Source of the DNA: Tubiluchus corallicola
Taxonomy: Eukaryota; Animalia; Priapulida
Reading direction: 5' to 3'
Assembly: GCA_030141605.1 (NCBI GenBank)
Contig: JAQGDQ010001039.1
Span: forward strand, 1 to 64,000
DNA length: 64,000 nucleotides
Shown here: piece by piece, positions 9,978 to 20,360 of the stretch
How positions within the stretch are numbered: the first letter of the stretch is position 1
Layout: each line of letters starts with the position of its first letter
Position numbers and translations under genes: made by a program
Notes under the pieces: generated by a model
The model's input: the letters and a program-made list of their open reading frames with translations, nothing else
The model's database searches: none
Told to the model about the DNA's origin: nothing

Positions 9978-12900
9978 CTATACATCTTGGGAAGCTGGGC
10001 TTTCATAGTCTGTATCTGATTCTTCCTTTTCATCATCTTCTCCTGTTTGCGATTCTTCTTCTCTCTCCTCCTGTTCGTACGAACCAGATACTGACGTTGA
10101 AGATATCACGACAGTTAGTTTTTGCATTCTTTGTTGATGAAGTATGGTTAAGCCAGTCAATATAATAATTACGTAGAGAAAAGCCATGGTGACAGCAAGA
10201 ATTCCAACCGTGTCCAGTGAAGTCCTCTGGCGAGTATCGCCTCCGGTTTGTAAATAATCTGATGGAAGAATGCAGATTTTGCCACAAGATTCGTACTCAC
10301 AGCATTTTTCAATTCCACCACAGTCATTATCCTTGCTACAAGACGCAGTTAGACATTTGCTTTTATTAACTTTTTCCTTACTGGGACATATTCCTTCCTT
10401 AATAAGTATGTTGCAATTTTCACCAGAAAATAGTTCGAGACATTTACACCTGTAAATGCTGTCTTCACTAGTGCATGTTCCACTGTACAGACATGGGTAT
10501 GAAGCACAAGGGTCAGACATGTTGCAGTTGGCCCCTTGGTATCCTTGTGCACATGAACACGTATATGATTCTGTCGCATTTAAATTATTGCATGTTCCAC
10601 CGTTCTGGCATGGATTTGAAGAACAGGGAACAAACGTTTCACAATTATCTCCAACATATCCTTCTTCGCAAGAACATGCATACGAGTTCGTCATATTTGT
10701 GCATGTTCCACCGTTCTGGCATGGATTTGAAGAACAGGGAACAAACGTTTCACAATTATCTCCAACATATCCTTCTTCGCAAGAACATGCATACGAGCTG
10801 GTCATATTTGTGCATGTTCCACCGTTCTGGCATGGATTTGAAGAACAGGGAACAAACGTTTCACAAATATCTCCAACATATCCTTCTTCGCAAGAACATG
10901 CATACGAGTTGGTCATATTTGTGCATGTTCCACCGTTCTGGCATGGATTTGACGAACAGGGGTCAAATGTTTCACAGTTATCTCCAACATATCCTTCTTC
11001 ACAAGAGCACGTGTATGTGTCCTGCATATTTCTGCATGTTCCACCGTTCTGGCATGGATTTGAAGAACAGGGAACAAACGTTTCACAATTATCTCCAACG
11101 TGTCCTTCTTCACAAGAACATGCATACGAGTTGGTCATATTTGTGCATGTTCCATCATTCTGACATGGATTTGACGAACAGGGGTCAAATGTCTCACAAT
11201 TATCACCAACATATCTTTCTTCACAAGAGCATGTGTAGTTGTCCTGCACATTTGTGCATGATCCACCATTCTGACATGGATTTGTAGAACAGGGAACAAA
11301 CGTTTCACAATTATCTCCAAAATATCCTTCTTGGCAAGAACATGCATACGACTTGGTCATATTTGTGCATGTTCCACCATTTTGACATGGATTAGAAGAG
11401 CAGGGATCAAATACGTTACAGTTAGTTCCTGTATACCCATGTGCACAGGAGCATGTGTATGAGTTTGTCATATTATTGCAGGTTCCACCATTTTGACATG
11501 GATTTGAAGAGCAGGGATCAAATACGTTACAGTTAGTTCCTGTATACCCATGTGCACAAGAGCATGTGTATGAGTTTGTCATATTATTGCAGGTTCCACT
11601 ATTTTGACATGGATTTGAAGAGCAAGGATCAAATACGTTACAGTTAGTTCCTGTATACCCTTGTGCACAAGAGCATGTGTATGAGTTCGTCATATTATTG
11701 CAGGTTCCAATATTTTGACATGGATTTGAAGAACAAGGATCAAATACGTTACAGTCAGTTCCTGTATACCCTTGTGCACAGGAGCATGTGTATGAGTTCG
11801 TCATATTATTGCAGGTTCCACCATTTTGACATGGATTAGAAGAGCAGGGATCAAATACGTTACAGTTAGTTCCTGTATACCCATGTGCACAGGAGCATGT
11901 GTATGAGTTTGTCATATTATTGCAGGTTCCACCATTTTGACATGGATTTGAAGAGCAGGGATCAAGTACGTTACAGTTAGTTCCTGTATACCCATGTGCA
12001 CAGGAGCATGTGTATGAGTTTGTCATATTATTGCAGGTTCCACTATTTTGACATGGATTTGAAGAGCAAGGATCATATACGTTACAGTTAGTTCCTGTAT
12101 ACCCTTGTGCACAAGAGCATGTGTATGAGTTCGTCATATTATTGCAGGTTCCAATATTTTGACATGGATTTGAAGAGCAAGGATCAAATACGTTACAGTC
12201 AGTTCCTGTATACCCTTGTGCACAGGAGCATGTGTATGAGTTCGTCATATTATTGCAGGTTCCACCATTTTGACATGGATTAGAAGAGCAGGGATCAAAT
12301 ACGTTACAGTTAGTTCCTGTATACCCATGTGCACAGGAGCATGTGTATGAGTTCGTCATATTATTGCAGGTTCCACCATTTTGACATGGATTAGAAGAGC
12401 AGGGATCAAATACGTTACAGTTAGTTCCTGTATACCCATGTGTACAGGAGCATGTGTATGAGTTTGTCATATTATTGCAGGTTCCACTATTTTGACATGG
12501 ATTTGAAGAGCAAGGATCATATACGTTACAGTTAGTTCCTGTATACCCTTGTGCACAAGAGCATGTGTATGAGTTCGTCATATTATTGCAGGTTCCAATA
12601 TTTTGACATGGATTTGAAGAGCAAGGATCAAATACGTTACAGTCAGTTCCTGTATACCCTTGTGCACAGGAGCATGTGTATGAGTTCGTCATATTATTGC
12701 AGGTTCCACCATTTTGACATGGATTAGAAGAGCAGGGATCAAATACGTTACAGTTAGTTCCTGTATACCCATGTGTACAGGAGCATGTGTATGAGTTTGT
12801 CATATTATTGCAGGTTCCACCATTTTGACATGGATTTGAAGAGCAGGGATCAAGTACGTTACAGTTAGTTCCTGTATACCCATGTGTACAGGAGCATGTG

Positions 12901-13931
12901 TATGAGTTTGTCATATTATTGCAGGTTCCACCATTTTGACATGGATTAGAAGAGCAGGGATCAAATACGTTACAGTTAGTTCCTGTATACCCTTGTGCAC
13001 AGGAGCATGTGTATGAGTTTGTCATATTACTGCAGGTTCCACCATTCTGACATGGATTTGAAGAACAGGGGTCAAATGTCTCGCAATTATATCCAACATA
13101 TCCTTCTTCACAAGAGCAGGTGTATTTGTCCGTCATATTTGTGCATGATCCACCATTCTGACATGGAGTCGAAAAGCAAGGATCAAATATGCTGCACAAC
13201 TCGTCAACATAACCAGCTGGGCAGGTACAATTAAAAGCACTGTAGTAATTATGACATGTTCCAGAGTTCTGACATGGGATAGAGAAGCAGGGATTTCTTC
13301 GGTCGTCACAGACTGGCCCAATCCATTGTATGACGCTTCGGTTGCAAATGCATTTATAGTACGAAAAATCGGTCTCGTATTGATATATGCATTCGGCAAT
13401 GTTGTCTCCACATTCTTCACAGGACGATGGAGGATGACGGACTTCGATTAGTACCTCAACAGCAGGATTTGTTGCTGCTTCATTTCTTTCAAAGGTAACA
13501 CATAGTGTTGGATAATTAATTGATGTCCTTATTGAAACTTGATACCAGCTTACGTATTTGTTACAAAAATTGGCAGATGCCCTTTTCTTACCTGATGTTA
13601 AATTTGTCGAATATATGTATACTGAGTCGTCATTGCCACACGGAAGGTCCATGTTCCGCAAACCAAAGAATATCGCTTGCTGGGGGTCACTGATATCTTT
13701 TGTAACACACACTTCTCGTAGGAGCGAGTTGGACCCGTTGTCATTGTACTGCATCGGTTCAGCTATGATAGATACGTTTTGAGCTAGAAGTTCCTCTCGA
13801 TAGTTTTGATTTCCGACCTTATGCGGATACAATACTTTAAAATTATTTGGATATTTCTTATTCCAGGGTCTAGTGCTTAAAGTGTCTTTAAAAAAATACA
13901 GCAAAAATAGCGATGCAAACAATTTCTTCAT
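9978..13931 (-). CDS. Intronless CUB-like/EGF/WAP type I membrane protein, paralog 2 (1317 aa, 26 EGF repeats)
   Basis: 3954-bp uninterrupted ORF with the same architecture as paralog 1. 26 canonical EGF units counted; length exceeds paralog 3 by exactly 13 x 37 aa. Confidence 0.9.
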   Translation of the reverse strand: MKKLFASLFLLYFFKDTLSTRPWNKKYPNNFKVLYPHKVGNQNYREELLAQNVSIIAEPMQYNDNGSNSLLREVCVTKDISDPQQAIFFGLRNMDLPCGNDDSVYIYSTNLTSGKKRASANFCNKYVSWYQVSIRTSINYPTLCVTFERNEAATNPAVEVLIEVRHPPSSCEECGDNIAECIYQYETDFSYYKCICNRSVIQWIGPVCDDRRNPCFSIPCQNSGTCHNYYSAFNCTCPAGYVDELCSIFDPCFSTPCQNGGSCTNMTDKYTCSCEEGYVGYNCETFDPCSSNPCQNGGTCSNMTNSYTCSCAQGYTGTNCNVFDPCSSNPCQNGGTCNNMTNSYTCSCTHGYTGTNCNVLDPCSSNPCQNGGTCNNMTNSYTCSCTHGYTGTNCNVFDPCSSNPCQNGGTCNNMTNSYTCSCAQGYTGTDCNVFDPCSSNPCQNIGTCNNMTNSYTCSCAQGYTGTNCNVYDPCSSNPCQNSGTCNNMTNSYTCSCTHGYTGTNCNVFDPCSSNPCQNGGTCNNMTNSYTCSCAHGYTGTNCNVFDPCSSNPCQNGGTCNNMTNSYTCSCAQGYTGTDCNVFDPCSSNPCQNIGTCNNMTNSYTCSCAQGYTGTNCNVYDPCSSNPCQNSGTCNNMTNSYTCSCAHGYTGTNCNVLDPCSSNPCQNGGTCNNMTNSYTCSCAHGYTGTNCNVFDPCSSNPCQNGGTCNNMTNSYTCSCAQGYTGTDCNVFDPCSSNPCQNIGTCNNMTNSYTCSCAQGYTGTNCNVFDPCSSNPCQNSGTCNNMTNSYTCSCAHGYTGTNCNVFDPCSSNPCQNGGTCNNMTNSYTCSCAHGYTGTNCNVFDPCSSNPCQNGGTCTNMTKSYACSCQEGYFGDNCETFVPCSTNPCQNGGSCTNVQDNYTCSCEERYVGDNCETFDPCSSNPCQNDGTCTNMTNSYACSCEEGHVGDNCETFVPCSSNPCQNGGTCRNMQDTYTCSCEEGYVGDNCETFDPCSSNPCQNGGTCTNMTNSYACSCEEGYVGDICETFVPCSSNPCQNGGTCTNMTSSYACSCEEGYVGDNCETFVPCSSNPCQNGGTCTNMTNSYACSCEEGYVGDNCETFVPCSSNPCQNGGTCNNLNATESYTCSCAQGYQGANCNMSDPCASYPCLYSGTCTSEDSIYRCKCLELFSGENCNILIKEGICPSKEKVNKSKCLTASCSKDNDCGGIEKCCEYESCGKICILPSDYLQTGGDTRQRTSLDTVGILAVTMAFLYVIIILTGLTILHQQRMQKLTVVISSTSVSGSYEQEEREEESQTGEDDEKEESDTDYESPASQDV

Positions 13932-14667
13932 TTTGCTACCATTTAATTTAGAACACCTAATTCTAAAAGAATGACATTATTCTTCTAGCTATTCGAAATT
14001 GTTAAAAGATAATAAGCAGCAACAATGAACTTTTCAGGAAAAAACTCGTTCGAATCGAATCGAACGCCCCAAATTCATTATGAATATTACGCTATTGGAC
14101 CCTACACAAATATTTTTACTTTAGTACAAACAAGAAAAAATAATCTTCATACTGAAAAGTTAACTCGTTTCCCTGAAAGGATTTTTCCCAGAAGTATTTT
14201 GAAAAAAATTTTTTGCCAGACAAATTTACTTCCCAGAAAAGATTTTTCCCAGAATTGCCATTTCACAGAAAATTTCTTTGCAGAACCATCATTTCATAGA
14301 AAATAAGTCACAGAAAACGTAATTAATTTTTTCTAAAGCACAGTTAGGCAACACGCCATAAAAAGTGGTTTGTTTTGTCTACCGTATTCACAAAATAGGG
14401 ATCATATGATAAAAAAATTTGGTCAACTCGTTAAAATAATAGAATAGATTTGTAACATCAGAACAATAAGATGATAAATCATGTTGACCTTCGCATGTAC
14501 GCAATAGTGAGTAACCACGGCGTAAGACTGGCTACCAAACTTAAGCCTGGCAACTGATTTGATGGGTGACCACTTAATATTATCACTCTTAGGCAGTGTG
14601 ACCTTTACTGTGATTCCGAATTATTTCGTTCGTTTCATGGTGTTTAGACAAGATGAAAGCAAGAGGA

Positions 14668-14686
14668 AGGGGGAGAGGGAGGGGGA

Positions 14687-14752
<66 letters not shown>

Positions 14753-14762
14753 AGAGAGATTA

Positions 14763-14797
<35 letters not shown>
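14668..14797. repeat. (GA)n plus (TA)n microsatellite
   Basis: Direct reading. Confidence 0.95.
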
Positions 14798-14798
<1 letters not shown>

Positions 14799-15499
14799 TA
14801 GAGCATATTTTTGTTGATAAACAAAAAGAGAGCAGAAAACGCACGTTATTCTGAAAAGACCCGTATGACCTTGTAGTAAAAACACAATTTCATAAAACAA
14901 CAACAAGGGCAGATCCGAGTAAGAGTTATTGATGAAAGTAAATTGTTTCCTACTTTGTAAATATTATTTAATTATTTCTAGCTGGGATTAATACCATAAT
15001 GTTCTAATTTATTTAGCAATAAACATTTTAACTTAAGCTAAATTTATTATGTTCAGTTGATAACATTATGTTACAACTCAATCGTTTGCCTCATACTTAA
15101 AGGATTGCGACTATCACTACCGTTATTTATTAAAACGTTGCTTAAGAACTAATTGTACGCTTTGGCTTTCGTACGTCAAACTTGCATTACCTTTGTAACC
15201 AGAGGATGTTTTGAATTAGTTTTACAATAGCGTCCAAGGACTGTGAAAAAAGATTGCATAAACTAAACAGTTGGCAAAATTTTGGTTCCACATTTCTTGC
15301 AGATTATATGTACAAGAAATATGCAAGGAAAAATGTATCCTGTTGATCCTAAACATCAACGTGCTGCATGTTTCAAAATCTAAAGCACAAGAAAACCCCT
15401 GCACTAACACGAAGCTTAAAAAATTTGTCTCGAAATTATATACCACTTACATACTACATTTTCGTATGCATGGTTTGCATCGATGTAACGATGTATAAT

Positions 15500-16025
15500 A
15501 CGTGTAAATTTAAACTCCCGCAATGACCGTTAGGCACAGCCATTTCAATGGTAGGTCATTTGAGACAAGTTTTGATAACATTAAGTAAAGGTTGAAAAAA
15601 TAATCAGAGTGTTCGTAGCACACATCTTGCTAACTAAGTAAAATTTTAAATTACTGTGTCTTTTCGTCAAAATTAAAAATATCTTTTTGACTAGTGAGTG
15701 GCGCGCCCTGGAGGGAGAGTCAGCGACATTTTACCAATTGGCACAAACATTTTAAATTATTAGTCTAGTTACATAAGTCTTTCCAGCAGATAAGTGAAAT
15801 GCTAAGTAATATAGATTTGCATGGAAAGATCTTGGGACATAATTTAACATTTCCTTTTCTTCTCCTAATTTATGTGGCGTAGTGAGTAGTATTGGAACAG
15901 TATTGCAAGAGATTTAAAATGAAGGCAAAAAAACGATGTACGTATAAAAATCCGGCAAAGTAATGTAATTTTCAAGACGATTTTTCTATAACCTACTTCA
16001 GGTACCCCTTTTCTTGACCTTTTAA
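15500..16025 (-). mobile_element. Dispersed repeat (TTAA-ended DNA transposon remnant), inverted copy of ~44146-44715
   Basis: GTAAATTTAAACTCCCGC... and ...CCTACTTCAGGTACCCCTTTTCTTGACCTTTTAA are reverse-complement matches to the ends of 44146-44715. Confidence 0.6.
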
Positions 16026-16261
16026 ACCAACTTCCCCTCGCCAAGGAAATAAGCCATTACACATGCGCACGTGCATTCGTCAGATAACATAACAAAATCG
16101 CTGATTCAATCTAGTCATTTAATCTAGGATATTACATATTTCCGTACAGACAGTAATGTGCATTTTATACTGTCTGCAGTACGATTTTCTACAACTGAGT
16201 AAAATAGTTTCCAGCAATAATTTAGCTGTTCCTGTGTGAAGTTAGTCTAGACTTTCTTTCT

Positions 16262-17943
16262 TTATTCGTTGTCTACTGATCGACTGTCTAGCCTTTCATA
16301 GTCTGTGTCTGATTCTTCCTCGTCCTGTTTTCTTTGTGATTCTTCTTGCTCGTTTAACCACGTTGAAGATACCACAGCAGGTTGTATTTGCATTCGTCGT
16401 AGATGAAGTGTAGTTAAGCCTGTTATCAAAATAATGATGTATAGAAAAGCCATAGTGATACCAAGTATTCCAAATATGTTCAGCGATGCCTTTTGGGTTT
16501 TAATTTCATCAGCTTTTAAGTAACCTGATGGACGAATGCAGATTTTGCCACAAGATTCGTACTCACAGCATTTTTCAATTCCACCACAATCATTATCCTT
16601 GCTACAAGACGCAGTTAGACATTTGCTTTTATCAAGTTTCTCCTTTCTGGGACATACTCTTTCCTTAATCAGTATGTTGCAATTTTCACCAGAAAATGGT
16701 TCGCGACATTTACATCTGTAAATGCCGTCTTCACTAGTGCATGTTCCACTGTACAGACATGGAAAAGAAGTACACGGATTAGATAAGTGGCAATTGGTAC
16801 CTTGATATCCTTGTACACATGAACAAATGTATGCCTCAGTCATATATGCTTTAATACACGTTCCACCATTCTGACATGGATTTGAAGAGCAAGGATCAAA
16901 TACGTTACAATTACCTCCAATGTATCCTTGAGCACAAGAGCACATATATGTGTTCGTTGAATTTTTGCTTGAACCACCATTCAGAGATGGATTAGAAGAG
17001 CAAGGATGAAATACGTTACAATTACTTCCAATATAAATTTGTGCACAAGTACAAATGTAAGAGACGGTTGTATTTTCACGCGAACCGCCATTCAGACACG
17101 GGCTCGAAGAGCACGGTTCAAATGTATCACACTTAGTTTCTGTGTATCCTTCCGCACACATACATCTGTATGTAGGCGCGTATCCAGGCGTGTAGCTATT
17201 TATACACGATGCACCATTCTGACATGGCTTTGAAGCACAAGGAATGGTCATATCGCTATAATAATGACCACTCACTGCACTGAAACTGGGGCAATTGAAA
17301 TCATCATAATAATTATTGCACATTTCAGATTCTTGACAGGGCAATGAGAGACAAACTTCTCGACACTGTATAGAGTCTCTCTCGCATCTGCAGCCGTCGT
17401 AAGGAAATGGTGCCTTACGTCTTTGAACACAATGTCTAGAATTTTCTCTACAATCAGCACATGTACTAGAGAGTTGCTGAACTTGGACCACCAGTTCAAA
17501 AACAGGATTTGTTCCTGATTGCAGTCCATATCTTCTGAAGTTCAAACATAGCGCTGTCAGTTCAGATTGTCCAATGGGAAACCATCTCTTGTTACACAGT
17601 TTTCTTGCATTCTTGAAAGATGCAAAACTCGTCGAATACACGCTTACATAGTTGGCATCACACGGAAGATCAGCACTCAGCAAACGAAAGTACAAGTCTT
17701 GCTCGGGTCACTAACGTTTCTTATGAAACATGATTGTCTCAAGACCAAATTTGAATCAATGTCTTTATAAAAGAGTATGTCAGCTATAAGAGAAACGTTT
17801 TGAACAGGTCGTAATTGTGGACTATCAGTTCTATAGGGATACATTGTCATAACGTTATTTGGAACATTAACATTCAATTCTCTACTAGTATTTATCCTAC
17901 TGGAAGAAAAAAGCAAAAGCACCAGAACTAATGTTTCCTCCAT
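16262..17943 (-). pseudogene. Divergent CUB-like/EGF/WAP/TM paralog with a frameshift near 17702
   Basis: ORF 17677-17943 (MEETLVLVLLLFSS... signal peptide) and ORF 16262-17695 join if one base is restored in GAC CCG AG- CAA GAC TTG TAC TTT, which aligns to DPRQVMYF. Several EGF cysteines are lost (LNGGSREN, NPSLNGGSSKN). WAP, TM and tail are intact. Confidence 0.75.
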
Positions 17944-18452
17944 TTTTGCTGTCAGTTATTTTAGAGATTATCTTAAATGAATCACATTTTCCTGCTGACT
18001 AATGAAAGTGGACAAAAAAACTTAAAACAGCGATTAGAAGGGCTAATGTTTGTGATAGAGCTCTGCAAGAGAGAAAGTTAGATAATTGCGCTATTTAAGA
18101 TATGAATTTACAAACAAAATTGTGCAATTTAAAATTTACATTGTGTCAAAACGTGGAATATATTGTTAGGCTGTTGTTTGGAATGCCGTGGAGAGTTTGA
18201 AATCATGCAATGCAATATCCAAGGTTCTCCTACTCCAAAAATGAGCATAATGACAGACATTGAACAAGCAAAGTAAGTTTTAACATTTATAAGCTTCGGA
18301 CACCTGATTACAGAAGACAGAAAAATGATCAAGAAATCATTTATCATCAGTTGCAAGAAGTAGTAGAAAAAGAAGATAAAGAAGAAGGACAAAAGAAAGA
18401 ATTGTTCCATGCCTATCAGATCGGGCTTAAACCGTGCTGTATCTATATTGGT

Positions 18453-18979
18453 GTCTATCACGTTGAAAACACCGGTTCTCGTCTGATCACCGAAGTTAAG
18501 CAACCTAGAACCTGGTTAGCATTTGGAGGGTGACCGCCTAGGAATACCAGGTGCTGTAGGCTTGCGGGGTGCCCAAACTGTATCTTGACACTAGGCGAAG
18601 GAGTTGCACAAGCAGCCAACGGCTAGATGGCGGAGGAGGTCAAGTGACCCATGTGCAGGAGTGGAGCCCCGAACGCGGACCAGTGCAGCATGCTCACTGA
18701 CTCTGGCTGCTCCTGTAGCCAACCTGGTGTCAAACGTATCGCTCCACTTTCCTTTGGACTACACCAGGGAGGAAGAGAGGGGGTTCCTGTTGTCTGGTCA
18801 ACTCATGTTCTCCATACACCTTGCCCAGGCGTGCGCCCTAGAGAGCCTACTCCAGTGGTTTAAGGATCGGATTGCTGAGCCACAGTCGACACTGCAGCTC
18901 CATCAATGTGATCAATAACTGACTCTCTTGACGCACACTCCATTGTCTTCCAAGACAGAAGGATATCAACAGCAACAAT
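18453..18979 (+). mobile_element. 5S rRNA-derived SINE (SINE3), near full length
   Basis: 5S head TCACGTTGAAAACACCGGTTCTCGTCTGATCACCGAAGTTAAGC...GGGTGACCGCCTAGGAATACCAGGTGCTGTAGGCTT with an 8-bp deletion near the 5' end; ~400-bp body; CAA tail. Confidence 0.85.
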
Positions 18980-19433
18980 ATTACGCTGTAAGGCAATGTC
19001 AAGTCTACACAAATGCGCTGTCTTGCCGCACTTGACCTTTGACCTTTGACCCTTTCACAATCACCATCAATCGCGGGAACTGAGAAAAGGCTTGTTAGCT
19101 TTGTTGTTTCTTGGAGCTAAACATCAAATCACTTGCACTGCAGTTTGCTTTTGATACTAGCATTGTTATTCGTCGGGCTACATGGTTATCACCAACTGAA
19201 GTAAAAGCACTAGCTAGCTAGGTGTTTTGCACGAACATTTTTAGCATACAGCAACAAATTTTGAACGTTTGTGTCGCGTCAGAATGTAATAAAGCACCTA
19301 TTTTGTAAAGAAATTAAGCAACCGACAGTGAATGAATTTTTGTAAATTATTGTAGTAGTGGTCAAAATTATTGGAATTTCTTCGATAATTCACTCATATA
19401 AATTAGTATTCTTTAATAATTGCACATTGGAAT

Positions 19434-19667
19434 TTATTCGTTTCTTATGAAACATACTTGTCTCAAGACCAAATTTGAATCAATGTCTTTGTAAATGAGT
19501 GTGTCAGCTATAAGAGAATCGTTTTGAACAGGGCGTAATTGTGGACTATAAGTTCTATAGGGATTCATTGTAATAACGTTATTTGGAACATTAAGATTCA
19601 ATTCTCTACGGGTATTTATCCTACTGGAAGAATAAAGCAAAAGCACCAGAACAAATGTTTCCTCCAT
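19434..19667 (-). pseudogene. 5' fragment duplicate of the divergent paralog (signal peptide plus ~60 aa)
   Basis: MEETFVLVLLLYSSSRINTRREL... closely matches 17710-17943, with upstream homology to ~19748. Truncated after FIRN. Confidence 0.8.
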
Positions 19668-20360
19668 TTTTGCTGTCAGTAATTTTAGAGATTATCTTAA
19701 ATGAACCACATTTTCCTGCTAACTAATGAAAGTGGACAAAAATACTTAAGGCGGTACCGTGATAAGAATGGCCATGAACTGATGTGTCAGTTTCTGAGGT
19801 CATATGACGTAGGACCCATTTTCGTGACATCATGCATTTAAACAGTACCGTAACACTTATACAAATGTGCGTGCCGTGCAAGGAAGACACCTGCCATTGC
19901 ACAAACTGCAGTTAGTTTCTGACGTAAGTAATAGCTGTGTTCGGTTGCCGTTAATTAATTTTCCAAGCTAATTATTTAAATATAAGAAACAATTGCTAAC
20001 TTTTATAGGCAAGATAATGTATATTTTGGACAGTAAATTAAAATGAGATTGAGTCTAAACAATCGTCCGGCCTTCCTTTAAGCGCTATAAAAGTTTCAAA
20101 ATTTGAACCAAACATCCTTCGAGGACAAAATAAGTTGCTGCACTTGAAGCAATAACTGCTACATGGTTAGCCAGGTGACTTGACAAAAGCATTGGTTTAA
20201 TCTTGTTTTATTCCAATTATTTTAAATCCGAATTTTTACAAATTTTCGTACATTGTGTAATTGTATGCAGGAGTCTTAAGTACAACGGCGTAAAACAATT
20301 TTAAGGAGTAATTTAGCTGTTCCCGTGTAGCCATTAGGCTGTTAGTATGGATTTGGCTGT

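Noticed and set aside
9978-13931. Notch, Delta/Serrate, Crumbs or fibropellin ortholog
   Set aside because: No LNR/ankyrin, DSL, laminin-G or avidin domain is visible; similarity is limited to generic EGF repeats.
14540-14575. Second 5S-like relic (TTAAGC...GATGGGTGACC)
   Set aside because: Match is too short and the spacing is inconsistent; cannot be supported without a search.
18604-18918. Recurrent small ORF ending QSTLQLHQCDQ (also 32896, 49450, 62512)
   Set aside because: Lies inside the SINE body; starts and frames are inconsistent between copies.
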